Under the pieces are notes generated by a model, which had not been told where the DNA came from, did no database searches, and saw only the letters and a program-made list of their open reading frames with translations. This document shows positions 1-11,059 of a stretch of DNA of 64,000 nucleotides, in pieces. The stretch covers positions 1-64,000 of IMG/VR virus record IMGVR_UViG_3300029893_000001; one strand, written 5' to 3'. A program made the translations under genes and the position numbers. The stretch's first letter is position 1. Each line of letters starts with the position of its first letter.

Positions 1-116
1 CCTCTTCTAGAGTATCAAACATTTCCTTGTCGTGAGTATCCAGTTCATCGCTTTCGGTATACTCATCTACTTCGTACCACGTGGGCATATGTCCCTCTGA
101 GCTTGGACGTTAAACG

Positions 117-148
117 AAAGAAAGGGCCGGTGTTCCGGCCCTTTCTTT
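117..148. terminator. Intrinsic terminator hairpin (likely bidirectional)
   Basis: AAAGAAAGGGCCGG-tgtt-CCGGCCCTTTCTTT perfect inverted repeat at the end of minus-strand ORF 148..372. Confidence 0.8.
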
Positions 149-372
149 CAGTCCTTCGAGCTTTTTGCTCTCTCGTTCAAGAGATCCACGAGTTCGATGG
201 CCAGATTTTCCGCAGTCTGCCAATCTCCATCGATGATATAGAAATCGGCGATGCGCGTCTCGTCCAATCCGCCTTCATGTCGGAAGACAGCAACGTGCGG
301 GACCTCAGCGCACGTCGCCGTGTGCCAGTCGTACAGACCGGTCCAGTCCTCTTCCTCCTCGGGCCTCTCCAT
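148..372 (-). CDS. Hypothetical phage protein
   Basis: ORF coupled to 378..854 and followed by a terminator. Confidence 0.6.
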   Translation of the reverse strand: MERPEEEEDWTGLYDWHTATCAEVPHVAVFRHEGGLDETRIADFYIIDGDWQTAENLAIELVDLLNERAKSSKD

Positions 373-377
373 TGGAA

Positions 378-854
378 TCAGGCCTTCGCCTTCTTCTTGG
401 ACTTCTCGGACTTCGGCCGCGTCCAGCCCATCTCCTCGTAGAAGTCGAGTCCGTATCGGACGCAGAAGTCGCTGAGCGCGCTCCTCGCCTTCTCGAACTC
501 CGGGTTCGGTGAACCACCGGTTCCCGAAGGATCCGCGTCCACCGTCTCGGGAAGGGACTTGACCTTGTTCACGAGACGGCTCTTCTCGGTCGCGATGAAC
601 GTCTCCAGCATTTCCTTCCGGAACTGCTCGGGGCCCTTCGTGATGTTGTACTCGAACGTGGTGGTGATGAGCTTCTCGCTCGACTTCACGTAGATCGGGA
701 CGACGAGCTTCTTCTTCTTGGGATCGTAGCTCATCTCACCGGACAGCGAAAACTCGATGTACTCTCCGGTCTCGCCCTTGAAGATCATGAGCGTCCCACG
801 GCTGATGCGCAGGTGCTCTCCGTCCGTGGTCTCGAAACGTGCACGATTCGACAT
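378..854 (-). CDS. Hypothetical phage protein (strong GC3 codon bias)
   Basis: GGAGG RBS upstream; lies downstream of the promoter motif at 926-942. Confidence 0.7.
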   Translation of the reverse strand: MSNRARFETTDGEHLRISRGTLMIFKGETGEYIEFSLSGEMSYDPKKKKLVVPIYVKSSEKLITTTFEYNITKGPEQFRKEMLETFIATEKSRLVNKVKSLPETVDADPSGTGGSPNPEFEKARSALSDFCVRYGLDFYEEMGWTRPKSEKSKKKAKA

Positions 855-904
855 GATTTACCTCCACACTTTCTTGTGCTTCACGGGTTGTTGGGACTAG
901 CAGG

Positions 905-944
905 GTCAACCCTGCCGACACCGTTTAGTATCGGCAGGGTTGAC
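905..944 (-). promoter_or_regulatory. Phage promoter motif embedded in a perfect 14-bp inverted repeat
   Basis: GTCAACCCTGCCGA (905-918) and TCGGCAGGGTTGAC (931-944); the minus strand reads CAACCCTGCCGATACTA. Confidence 0.7.
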
Positions 945-2510
945 GTCCTTTACTAGTCGAGCGGGGGATTCCCAATGAGGGCGTCGACCGTATCGACGAG
1001 ATCTGCCATCTCCTCAGGAGAGAGGCGAATCTCTTCTCCGGAGAGAATTGCTCGGTTCTTCGCGTCACGTAGCCAACGGAGAGCGGAATCCTTTCGGCCT
1101 CGACTGGCCTGATCCTTCGCGTTGAGCAACGCCCACTTCACAGAGCCGGGTGTCATCAATCGTCTAGCGCCTGTTCGATCCACTGCTTCACCAGACCATA
1201 AGGTCGATTGATGAAGTAGGTGAACTTGTCGTCTCGCTGTCGCAGGACAGTCACGTTTGCTTCCTGACGATGGGCCGAGACACTGATGACCTCGTCGGGA
1301 TCGATCATCGCGCTCTCTCCGTTCGTGAGAGGCATCTCCAGAAGATGACCGACGAACTTCGGTGCCTCCCCTACCGGCTGCGCCGTGGCCGAAGGAGGAG
1401 CCGACGGAGGGACGAACTCATGGATTCGACGTGCAGGGATACTCATGATTGACAGGTTCCTTTTCGAATTGACAGGTGGGGAAATTGGTTGGAGGTAGTT
1501 AGCCCCCGAACTCTGATTACCAGGACCGAACGTAGCCGTAACCGGGGCAGCCGGTACGAGGGCACTTGACCCGTTCGTATCCGTCAGGACCTCCGCTGTA
1601 ATCCCTCCCGGAGTAACGTTCGACCTCTTCTGGAAGGTATTCTATGACTGCTTCACAGTCCCGGCAGGTTACGCGTTTCGGCTTCGGACCTTCAACGATC
1701 TTTGCCATATCATTAACCCGGATAGACTCCGATGACGGCCGAGTTGACGTGTTCACAGAAATGGGTCTTGAGCTTGTCGCTCACTTCGAACCACATTTCC
1801 AGTTCCTTGGGGTTCCATGAGCCACTCGGGATTCCCGACTCACAGTGAATCACGACATCGGCGTTCGGCGCCCATTCCCCTGGATCGTCTTCACCGAGAA
1901 AGGTTGCTTCCTCGATGATCTTGCGACGACGAGCCGGGTCCGCCGAAATGTATCGACCGAAGACTTCGTCGATTGCCGAACGGACCCTCTCCAGGATATC
2001 CGGAGTACTCATCTCACGACCTCACGGAAGGGAAAATCCGTGGCCGCCATCAGGACACGACCGATGCGTTGGCCGAAATTGGCTCCGGCGTCGTAGCACT
2101 CGTTCGCGTTCTGGTTGTCGTCCCACGTCATCCCGATATAACTCTCATCCTGTTCGCGCTCTGCGACGAGGCCGTCGATGACTCCGATCTTGAATGCCTC
2201 ACGGGCTTCACTGTCCGCCAGAATGCCACGGACTGTGAACGAGATCGGAAGAGCCCAGATGAAAGACTCCAGCTTCTTGATCATTACTCCCTCACCTCGT
2301 GGTTGCTTTCAGGCACAAAGACCTGAGCGACTCCATTCGGAACGTACCTGTTGTCCCAATCCTTCATGTGGGGATCGGTGTCGAGTAGTACCGAAGTAGG
2401 TTGGCTGTCGGAAATCCCACTTCCTTCTAGGCACACGACGACCACGGTGTCCCCTTTCAGAGGGGATTCTTCCCTAACTCGCTTCAGCTCAGCGATCATT
2501 TCGTCGATGG

Positions 2511-2966
2511 TCATCCGTACACGACCTCGCCCAGAAGGCAGAGCTGAAGGAAAACATCTCCGGTACACGCGTCGTAGTTCGTGCTGAGGAAATCTCCCCA
2601 ATGGCGCGGGTACTTCTCTGCCATGAGAGTCAGTCCTCGCTGTACCGCATCGCGGTCGAGTACGAGAGGAGCGTACTTCTTGTCCGTGCCCTCGTCGAAG
2701 ACGCGACAGATCACCGCACCGCCATCCAGAAGCGGGTAATCGTTGTGCTTGAATACCTCGTCTTCGTCAATGACGGGGCGGACAACCTTCGGCTCTCGGT
2801 AGTCCATGATGCGACACCAGTAACTGACTCCGCCCTCGAAGCCAGAGCAGATCAGACTGGCAACATCTCGGGCAGAAACGTCGATCTGAACCTTGAACCC
2901 GTCCGGTGGGCCGCAGTCAACCTCGAACTTTGAAACCTCGTCGTTCTTACCATTGGACATCATCAT
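2511..2966 (-). CDS. Conserved-looking phage hypothetical protein
   Basis: EGGVSYW...DA..GDVFLQLCLLGEVVYG motif typical of a phage early-gene family. Confidence 0.6.
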   Translation of the reverse strand: MMMSNGKNDEVSKFEVDCGPPDGFKVQIDVSARDVASLICSGFEGGVSYWCRIMDYREPKVVRPVIDEDEVFKHNDYPLLDGGAVICRVFDEGTDKKYAPLVLDRDAVQRGLTLMAEKYPRHWGDFLSTNYDACTGDVFLQLCLLGEVVYG

Positions 2967-3692
2967 TCTCCTTCCTTATTTTCGGCTCCTGCGTGCAACG
3001 AGAGCGATTTTCCCTAAAAGAGCAATCTGAGGGCGCGGAAGCGCTATGTTGTGGGTGTGGCTGGTGCCAGAGAAAACCGCACTCATTGCACGCAGGAGCG
3101 TGCTTTATACTAGGACGTGAGGTCGATGAAGGACCAAACCGTGTGGTCCTCCGAGAAGTGTGCCTTCAGAATCTTGACGATTCGAGACCGAGGTGAGAAG
3201 GCACACTTCTTTTTGTCATCGCCTACGGAGGCAATTGCACCAAGTAAGTAGGCGAGATCCGCTCCGACTCTACCGCGGAAAGTCTCGGTGCTGACCAGGA
3301 CTGCGGTGTATACATCCTTCATCAGAAGGAGACGCTTTCGGTCGTTCATTTTCATCCCTTCAACGAAGACGGGCCCGAAGATTTATGATCTCTTGGGCTG
3401 CAAGTTGTTGACCTGGCGACGAAGTCTCGAACGCTCTCGGGATCGAGAACACCAGGAATGCCAATCATCCACGGCTCTCCCGGTTCTTCCTTGTTCTCGA
3501 AATCGACGTACTCCTGGGCCTTCTCATGTGAGGGGAACACCGTTGCCTCACTAGGGTCCAGAGTGTCGATATGCATCTCTGATGGTTCGCTGCCCTGCGG
3601 GACTGGCCGATTGAAGACGATCAGGTATGCACCAGTGAACTTATTGAAGACCACACACTTTTCTTCTTCGGCGTCTTCACGGTCAGCTTCGG

Positions 3693-4991
3693 TCATGCGC
3701 CCATCCTTCGTTCGGCCTCGGACTCACGGATGTAGTCGTAGTGGTCGTTGATGATCTCGTCAGCCGCCTTTAGGGCAACCTCGCTGGTTCGCTCGCGATT
3801 GATCACGAGTGACGTCGTACGGCCCCCACACTCGTAGCAGTTGACGTTGTACGATCCACGGAAGTACTCCTCAGCGAAATCAGGGTCCTCGCTGAATTCG
3901 TCCGCCGTGATTCCGTGAGCGTCGATGCTGGGGTTCACGTGCTCGCCCTTTCCGTCGCAGGTCCCGCAGACCTCCCACTTGAGGTGCAGCACGTGCTCGA
4001 CCATGCCGGGTTCCAGGAATCGAAGAACCCAATCTCCGAGTTCCTCTCGCGCCTTCTGAACGAGTTCCATCGAAGCGTTAGGCCACTGCTCCATGTCGTA
4101 GTCCTGGAGACCGAGCCAGGACCGGAGCGTCTCCTCGTACTGCTCCTTCGTGGTCTCTCCGTGGACCATCCTATTCAGCGCCCGGCCAAGGCTACCGAAC
4201 GAAATGCTTCCAGTCGAGAACATGTCCCAGCCCTTCGACGCACGGAGCTTGCACTTCTGGAAGAAGTTCAGGCCTTGCTCGTCCTCCTGGTCACGAATGA
4301 TCCATTCCATGGCACCGATTCCGAAGTGGAACGGAATCCTTGGTCCGGAGCCCTGCGTCATGTAGTATGGCAGGTTGTCTTGCTGGATCTCTCGAAGCGA
4401 GAAAACCTTACGTCCGTTCTTCTTGAACCACAGGCGAATGCTCGGACGAGTACGATTTTGCGAGTCGTCCTTATCTAGCTGAATCCAATCGCGGGGACCG
4501 AATTGCAGAGACAGAACGATCGTATGCGGAGCCTTGGGCCTTTCGGTGTCCCATTGGCTTTGCCAGCGGCTCGCAAGATCCACTGAGAGGTATCCCTTGA
4601 AGAAGTTGTAGAAGCTCTTCGTACGAAGGGCGTCCACCAACATCTCTCGAAGCGTGCCCTGAAACCAGGTACGCCGGGACTCCGGAAGGAAGTCCATGTA
4701 TCCCTCGGGTCGCTCGGGGAAATGGATGCTCCACCCGTAGCAGCTTCCCATGTACTTGGGCTCGATCTTCTTGCTATCGACGAGACGATCGATCACCTCA
4801 TCGATGAACTTCGAGATACTCTCGTCGAGTTGCTCCCCTCGAAGCTCCAACTCCGACTTCTCCCGCAGAGGAGCCGCGGGAAGATCGGGCTCGACGTAGA
4901 AAGTCGCGGTCATGGCATCCAGGTCGATCTCGACCTCGGGAAGCGACTTGAGGTCGGACCCATACATTGCCATCCTGTCTCGACGGTCCAT
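3693..4991 (-). CDS. Phage protein with C-terminal DnaJ-type CxxCxGxG zinc finger
   Basis: CGTCDGKG...CYECGG motifs; downstream of the promoter motif at 5034. Confidence 0.65.
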   Translation of the reverse strand: MDRRDRMAMYGSDLKSLPEVEIDLDAMTATFYVEPDLPAAPLREKSELELRGEQLDESISKFIDEVIDRLVDSKKIEPKYMGSCYGWSIHFPERPEGYMDFLPESRRTWFQGTLREMLVDALRTKSFYNFFKGYLSVDLASRWQSQWDTERPKAPHTIVLSLQFGPRDWIQLDKDDSQNRTRPSIRLWFKKNGRKVFSLREIQQDNLPYYMTQGSGPRIPFHFGIGAMEWIIRDQEDEQGLNFFQKCKLRASKGWDMFSTGSISFGSLGRALNRMVHGETTKEQYEETLRSWLGLQDYDMEQWPNASMELVQKAREELGDWVLRFLEPGMVEHVLHLKWEVCGTCDGKGEHVNPSIDAHGITADEFSEDPDFAEEYFRGSYNVNCYECGGRTTSLVINRERTSEVALKAADEIINDHYDYIRESEAERRMGA

Positions 4992-5033
4992 TATTCATTT
5001 TCCTTTCTGCGGTCGGTGGTCGACTGCCCTGGC

Positions 5034-5050
5034 TAGTATCGGCAGGGTTC
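5034..5050 (-). promoter_or_regulatory. Repeated phage promoter motif
   Basis: plus strand TAGTATCGGCAGGGTTC, about 42 nt upstream of the 4991 start. Confidence 0.75.
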
Positions 5051-5388
5051 GGTCTACCTAGACCGGCGCCCCGTCGCACAGTCGTTCTTCACCCACCAGA
5101 CATGCACTACACCAGCCGCAAGCAAGATGGGGATTTAGACGCTCGGAGTCGAAACGCGCAAGGCGTTTCTTGGCAGCGGAGAGCTTCTTTTCGGCGTCAG
5201 CTACAGCCTTTTCCAGTTGTGCACGGTCTGCTTGATACTTGTCGTACTTCTCTTTTGACTTGCGCCGCGACGTCATAGTTCTCAACGCTTTTCTCGACGA
5301 GAGAGTTCACGGTGAAACTCGACGTTCATCGCCGTCGACTACCAGATAGATCTCCTGCGACATGACAGAGCCTCCGGCTTAAATGACG

Positions 5389-5412
5389 AAAAGCCTGCAT
5401 TAGCAGGCTCTT
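5389..5412 (-). terminator. Intrinsic terminator
   Basis: AGCCTGC-atta-GCAGGCT stem with minus-strand T tract after ORF 5416..5619. Confidence 0.6.
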
Positions 5413-5990
5413 CAGTCAGGCGACCTTGCGGTCTTGTTCCCGGGCCCTCTTCCACTCCATCGTGAAGAAGGTCACCAGATGAACCTTGTTTTTCTGCCAC
5501 ACGTCCCAAGATCGCTGTTTCGTCTTCACGTGTTCAACGATCGTCTTGAGAGGGATCTCTCGGTGTGCAGCTTCTTGTAGGACTTTGAATAGACTCCGAA
5601 GAATCTCCTCGTCCGTCATTCAGTTCACCATCTTCTGTGCGGTGTTCTTCGCACCGAAGATTTGGTCCCAGCCGGTCTTGAATGCCTTGCTGTTGACCAT
5701 CGCGGGTCCCTGAGACGTGGCCCTTCCCACACGGCCGTGGTTTCGAAGGAGAGTGAAAGGACCGGCCTGCTGGATTTCCACCAGTTCCACGTTGGGATCG
5801 AGAGGCTTCCCTTCCTCGAAGGGGCGGAGGGTTCCTAGCGCTACCGCGCCATCGCGTTCGAAGAGAACGTGTTGACCTTCGTGGGTTTCACATTCGCCCA
5901 GAATGATTCCCACGTGTTCGGAAGGCTCTTTCTTGTCATCTTTATCAGTCACAATTGACCTCCCGCTGCCCGATGTAGGCGGCTACGGCT

Positions 5991-6007
5991 TACTATCGGG
6001 AGGGTTC
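5991..6007 (-). promoter_or_regulatory. Repeated phage promoter motif (variant)
   Basis: TACTATCGGGAGGGTTC, about 39 nt upstream of the 5952 start. Confidence 0.65.
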
Positions 6008-6641
6008 GCTCTACTAGAAGTCTTCTGACGCACCTTCCGGATCCTCGTCCCAATGTGCCGGCACCAAACGAAAATCCTGTTCTAACTCGTCCACGGAGAC
6101 ATAGATTACTGGACGACCGCGCCCTGGTCCAGCGAGTGCTACTGTACCATCTTCGCCGATCGCTGTCACCTCCCATGAGCATAGATCGAATCCGATGGGC
6201 TTTCCCTGCCATCGCTGACCCGTTGCAACTGTGGTTTGTGACATAGCTACTTCTTCCGTATCGCTGACATTTGGCGTAGGATGAGGTTCACGGTGAGGAC
6301 ACCGCAAGCATTGTTGAAGCTCGTTTCCTGCGCGTAGGATTCGCTCGGAGGGTTCTCGGGTACAACCACCACAATGTCGTCGAACCCCTTTCACCTCAAC
6401 AATTCGACTTCAGTCCCACAGGGCTTGACGACGCAAATCGAAGTTACTTCCTCTCCTTCTACAGAACGGCCGCCCCACTCTGTCATGAAGAGGTCGTACC
6501 AAAATTGCGCCCGAGCCATTGCGTCGTCATAACTATTTGCCACGAATTTGAAACGTCCGCCACGTGAGAAGTATGCGTACGCTACAAATTCGGGCTTTGT
6601 CATAATGACGAGATAATATCGAGCGCGCCCGTGATTAAACG

Positions 6642-6678
6642 AAAACGGGCCCCGAGCACATTGCTCGGGGCCCGTTTT
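6642..6678. terminator. Intrinsic terminator
   Basis: 17-bp perfect stem AAAACGGGCCCCGAGCA / TGCTCGGGGCCCGTTTT after ORF 6713..7438. Confidence 0.85.
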
Positions 6679-6712
6679 ATCGGTTTATCGGTCCTGTCCT
6701 AGAGGAAGAGGA

Positions 6713-7438
6713 TCAGATGTCCAGGCTGTCCAGGAGCCCGTCGAGGTCTTCCGAAGAAAGGTCCTCGGACCCGTTCTCCTCCGAAGCCTCCTCCGTCTCC
6801 TCCTCGTCCGAGGTGAGCGCTGCGACCGCCGCCGCGACCTCGTCCTCGTCCTCCGAGGCCTCCTCGGTCTCTTCCTCCTCGGTCTCCTCCGAGGCCACCG
6901 CCTGAGCGGCCGGCTTCGAGGGGGCCGCCTTCGCCGGAGCGGCGGCGGGCGTCTCCTTCCGACGACCACGACGCTTCATCGGCGTGCCGTCCTGCTTCAC
7001 ACCGTAGGGCGCCAGCGGCCGACCATCGGCGTCCGTTCCGTACGGCGCGGTCTCCGAAACCGAACCCGGAACCTGAAGAGCCTCGATCTGCTCCTCCTTG
7101 ATCGTACGAACCTTCTTGGTGGGCCCCGCCGCCGGGGGCGTGGTCTTCGTCTTCGCGGGCGCCTGCCTGGCCTTCGCGGGGGCCGGAGCCGCGGGAGCGG
7201 CGGCGACCGGAGCCGCCCCGACCGGGATGCGCTCGAAGCTGAAGCCCTGCTCCTTCAGGGCGATGCGCAGGTTGCGGAGCGAAACCGCGAGCGGGTCGTT
7301 GGTCAGACGGCCCTCTCGGGCGAGCTGGTTGTTCAGCTCCGCGACGCGGTTCTCGATGACGGTGCTGAACGCACCCTCCAGCATCGCGGGAATCGGCTTC
7401 GGGGTGTGGGTGCGGGTCTGAGGCTTGGTCTTTGCCAT
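6713..7438 (-). CDS. Putative nucleoid-associated or DNA-mimic protein (Pro/Ala linker, KRRGRRK basic patch, very acidic tail)
   Basis: DGTPMKRRGRRK motif followed by an E/D-rich C-terminus; own promoter and terminator; extreme GC3. Confidence 0.6.
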   Translation of the reverse strand: MAKTKPQTRTHTPKPIPAMLEGAFSTVIENRVAELNNQLAREGRLTNDPLAVSLRNLRIALKEQGFSFERIPVGAAPVAAAPAAPAPAKARQAPAKTKTTPPAAGPTKKVRTIKEEQIEALQVPGSVSETAPYGTDADGRPLAPYGVKQDGTPMKRRGRRKETPAAAPAKAAPSKPAAQAVASEETEEEETEEASEDEDEVAAAVAALTSDEEETEEASEENGSEDLSSEDLDGLLDSLDI

Positions 7439-7512
7439 GATGTATGTATCTCCTTAGGAACAGGTACCGTTGTTGTAGAACTCTCGGCGGCGAACTGCCG
7501 CCAGACGCTATC

Positions 7513-7529
7513 TATTATCGGCAGGGTTC
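7513..7529 (-). promoter_or_regulatory. Repeated phage promoter motif
   Basis: TATTATCGGCAGGGTTC upstream of the 7438 start. Confidence 0.75.
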
Positions 7530-8444
7530 ATGTCCCCACCGATAGTGCGTGGGATTTATGGAGTAGTCGCGAGTTCCTCGGGCGGAATTCGATGCTCGAC
7601 GATGTTGAATAGGAACACGCTTTCGATGTTGGGTTCTTCGTCGAGGTATTCACATCCGCTACGCTCTTGGTGTCCGATGTAGGGGCCCCACTTGTGCCAC
7701 CTCCACCCACCATTATGACCTTTCCGTACTTCGGTCAGGAACACCGTGAACTTTCGCGGTCCCATTAGGACCTCATGGTAGTCTGGATGCTGAAGTAGAT
7801 TCTCAATCCCGTCGCATACTCCATACGACAAAACCAGTCCAACATCACATCCAACCAATAGGCCGACGGCAACGTGCAGTCAAGTCTATTGGGCGCGGAT
7901 TGCGACGATTTCTGGTGGCTTGGTGTTAGCTCACCACTTCTTGCGCGGTGGGTCCATGGGATCGAATGGATGACGCGGTGCGGCAGGAGGCTCGGGAGGA
8001 GGCAACGATGCCGCCCTTTCGAGCTGCCGACGAAGCTGCTGGATGATGCGTCCGCACTCTTCGGCGCGGATCATGAACGCCTCTCCGGCGGTCTCGTCCA
8101 GACTCTTGACCTCTCGGGCCATCCTGAGGTACGCCTCACGGTCGTTCGTGAGCTGCGACATCAGGAACCTGAGAGTGAATTCGTCAAGAGGGTTGCGCCA
8201 ATCCATATCCATTTAGTCACCCGGTGGGAGAATAATCTCCTCCTCAGAAGCGAAGAACCATTTTGGGCGTGTCCCTTGGGGCAGGATGACATAACCCCGG
8301 TTCATCACCCACCATATAACGAACGGGATGTTCTCGATTTTCACCCTGTCCGATGCAATGGCTCGGGCGTCGGACAGGGTGAGAAGTTTTTCTGGTTCCT
8401 CCGATTCTGTATGAATCGGTACAATATTCCTTGTCATCCGTTAG

Positions 8445-8975
8445 TCAAGAGACGACGGTGACTAGAGAAGGATGTACTCGGAACTTGGCTCCTTTCACGT
8501 GCCTCGATCCGCGGTCTTCCAATGTTTCCACGAGCACGCTCTTCTTGTTGATCTTGAGAACTCGGCCCCTCGTCTTTTCCCCGTTTTCCCGACCAAACTC
8601 CACGGTCGCGCCTCTCTTAAGGCCTTGCGGAGCGGAAGTCGGGATCTTGTCCTTGCCTCGCGTAAACCGGTAAGTTTCGACGGCGTCGAAGACCAACGAG
8701 TCCAGAGCGGTACTGGCACTTCGGGAGTACAGATCGGCGAACTCGGGCTCTTTTGCCGAGGCAACCTTCACCGCGACGGGAAGCAGTTTCTTCTCAGCCC
8801 ACTGATGTGAGAAGGGCTCGATCCACTGATAGGAATTCGAACCACCGGTTCCTCGATTCTTGACGTACGCGACGTCACGCCCCTTGATTACCAAGATGGC
8901 CTCGAATTGAGGAGTTTCCTCTCCCCTACCCAACCAAACGTTCTTGAGCGTGAAGAACGAATCAATGGTCGTCAT
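8445..8975 (-). CDS. Hypothetical protein with C-terminal SH3-like barrel
   Basis: LKRGATVEF...GRVLKINKKSVLVE...FRVHPSLV pattern. Confidence 0.5.
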   Translation of the reverse strand: MTTIDSFFTLKNVWLGRGEETPQFEAILVIKGRDVAYVKNRGTGGSNSYQWIEPFSHQWAEKKLLPVAVKVASAKEPEFADLYSRSASTALDSLVFDAVETYRFTRGKDKIPTSAPQGLKRGATVEFGRENGEKTRGRVLKINKKSVLVETLEDRGSRHVKGAKFRVHPSLVTVVS

Positions 8976-9563
8976 CGCTTAGCTCCAATCTGCTGGGTCA
9001 GTCGCGTGAGCGCCTCGATTGCTCCATCATCGTGGGGATTTCGCATGAGTGAAGCTTGCCTTTGGTAAAAGGCAAGTAGATTCAGAGCAAGCTCTTGGGG
9101 TGTTGATTGAACGAATGCCCCCTCGGCCATCCCCAGAAGTGCTTCCGCTGCGATCTCCCGGGCCTTCTTAGCCTCCGGAGAACTGTGATCCAGGGTTTCG
9201 TCTTCGCTGAATTCGGTATCGACGATCACCGCAGCCAGGTGACGAAGGTACTCCCTTACCTTCTGTTCACGAAGATTCTTATCGTACGACATCACTATCG
9301 CTTTCTGGCGAGCAACTCGCCGGCCTTGTACGCGAGGAATACTTGTCCTGCGTCCATCCCCCGAAACGAATCGGACGTCAGGCAGTCCTCCAACGAGACA
9401 TACGAACAGACGTTGGCACAGGTCACAATCGCTCGATCGATTTGAGCGTGATCGTCACAGCATCCTGGTCTGGTGCATATCCGGCTGTCGCATATTCGAC
9501 AGCGAGGTCCGCTCATGAAAGCGTGGAACGCTTCCATCATTCTGAGAAATGCGTGGCTCATGT

Positions 9564-10184
9564 TCAGGCAGACGGGGCGAAGAATGAACACGGATCAGTG
9601 GTGAGTGGCGACGTTCCCGACACAAATCGGCAGTCCACATTTAGACCACCAGATACGGGCACCAGAGTGCAACGATATCGCCATACACCATGCCTGATAT
9701 CGCATTCATAGGTGTACAACGACCCCAGGAGGATGACGTCACAAGGACCATCAAAGATGGGATTCGTAACCGTGCCATCATCGAATTCATACTCGCATGC
9801 ACTAAGACGAGTCAACGGAACGTATCCGTAATCCGTCTCTGTGCACCCCATCAGTCGATGGGTGATTCGGTAACTACCAGAAATATCTGGTACATCGGTG
9901 CAGGTTAGCGGAGGTCCGGAGTCCGGCCCGGCGTCAGCAAACATGCTCGCGTCAGAACCAGAATCGAACACCGCTGCGTCTGTTCCAACGTCCGAACCCG
10001 AATCGCTGCCTGAATCGATTTCTGTCGTGGCGTCGATTTCAGCGTCGCTTGCATCGACTAGGATTTGAGCATCGATTTGAGCGTCGGCCATTGAATCGCG
10101 GGGGCCTCCGTCCCGAGGACCGAGGGCGCTCAGGTCGAACGAGCACCCACAGAGAATGAGTGCGCAGAGGATATGCCTGGCCAT
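9564..10184 (-). CDS. Myxobacteria-style lipoprotein
   Basis: Signal peptide with lipobox-like LCGC, DAG/DSG/DAA low-complexity linker, Cys-rich C-terminal domain. Confidence 0.7.
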   Translation of the reverse strand: MARHILCALILCGCSFDLSALGPRDGGPRDSMADAQIDAQILVDASDAEIDATTEIDSGSDSGSDVGTDAAVFDSGSDASMFADAGPDSGPPLTCTDVPDISGSYRITHRLMGCTETDYGYVPLTRLSACEYEFDDGTVTNPIFDGPCDVILLGSLYTYECDIRHGVWRYRCTLVPVSGGLNVDCRFVSGTSPLTTDPCSFFAPSA

Positions 10185-10771
10185 TAGTAGTAGCTCTTTT
10201 CGGCGGCGTTCCGCCCTTCCGTGGTGATGCTCGTCGCGCCTGCTTTGTTGCGGCTCAAGAAACCTCGTGCCACCAGCGAATCGATTTCCGATGCAGTCGC
10301 CCCCAGTCGCTCCAGGTATTCTTTCCTGTAGCTGCTCTTGATTCCCTTGAAGACGCCGAGAATCTTTGCTTCCTTTTCGCTGACGTTCGTCGTCGGCGGA
10401 AGGAGCTGGGGATTCATATTCTTCGGACTGATGTAGATGGTCGCCGAAGCCGGATATCCCGTGCCCCCACTCCCCATCCCAGAGATGAAGGCGATATCGC
10501 GCGGAATCTCGACACTCTCGTCAGAGTCATCGATCGTCTTCGTGAACATGTTCGAGCCCCCGAAGGAGCCCCACGTGATCTTACACTCTTCGGTATCGTC
10601 GAGACGACATGCCACGACGTACCCGCGACGGCCTCGTCCGCTGGGCGGTCGCGTGAAGAAAGTCTCTTGGACGCACACCTCGACGTCCTTTCGGCAATAG
10701 CCGGCCATCCCCAGCCCCTTCTGGATGGAGGGCGGAAGTTCGCTGACCTTCATGTAGTGACCCATGATCAT
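10184..10771 (-). CDS. Hypothetical protein, possible C-terminal winged helix
   Basis: LVARGFLSRNKAGATSITTEG wing-like motif; downstream of a promoter motif. Confidence 0.5.
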   Translation of the reverse strand: MIMGHYMKVSELPPSIQKGLGMAGYCRKDVEVCVQETFFTRPPSGRGRRGYVVACRLDDTEECKITWGSFGGSNMFTKTIDDSDESVEIPRDIAFISGMGSGGTGYPASATIYISPKNMNPQLLPPTTNVSEKEAKILGVFKGIKSSYRKEYLERLGATASEIDSLVARGFLSRNKAGATSITTEGRNAAEKSYY

Positions 10772-10808
10772 TTCCTCCCTGCCGCTGACAAGCGGCGATC
10801 ACGGGCTT

Positions 10809-10825
10809 TATTATCGGCAGGGTTC
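10809..10825 (-). promoter_or_regulatory. Repeated phage promoter motif
   Basis: TATTATCGGCAGGGTTC, 38 nt upstream of 10771. Confidence 0.75.
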
Positions 10826-11059
10826 AGCGCTCTTCGTATGCACGCCGCAGCCGTCGTAAGGCGTTCGGAACAAGAGTGAGCACCACCCCACGAACGCTTT
10901 CGATCCCCTCGCAGATTCCCGTTTGAGGATCTACTAAGTAAGCCGCGCACCCGTCCGTAACCATGTAGGCCTGACCGTTACGCCATTCGCAGAACTGCAA
11001 AATGATTCGGCCACCAACAGCATTGGTGGCCGAATAGGACGGTGTATTACGTGGCTCGC

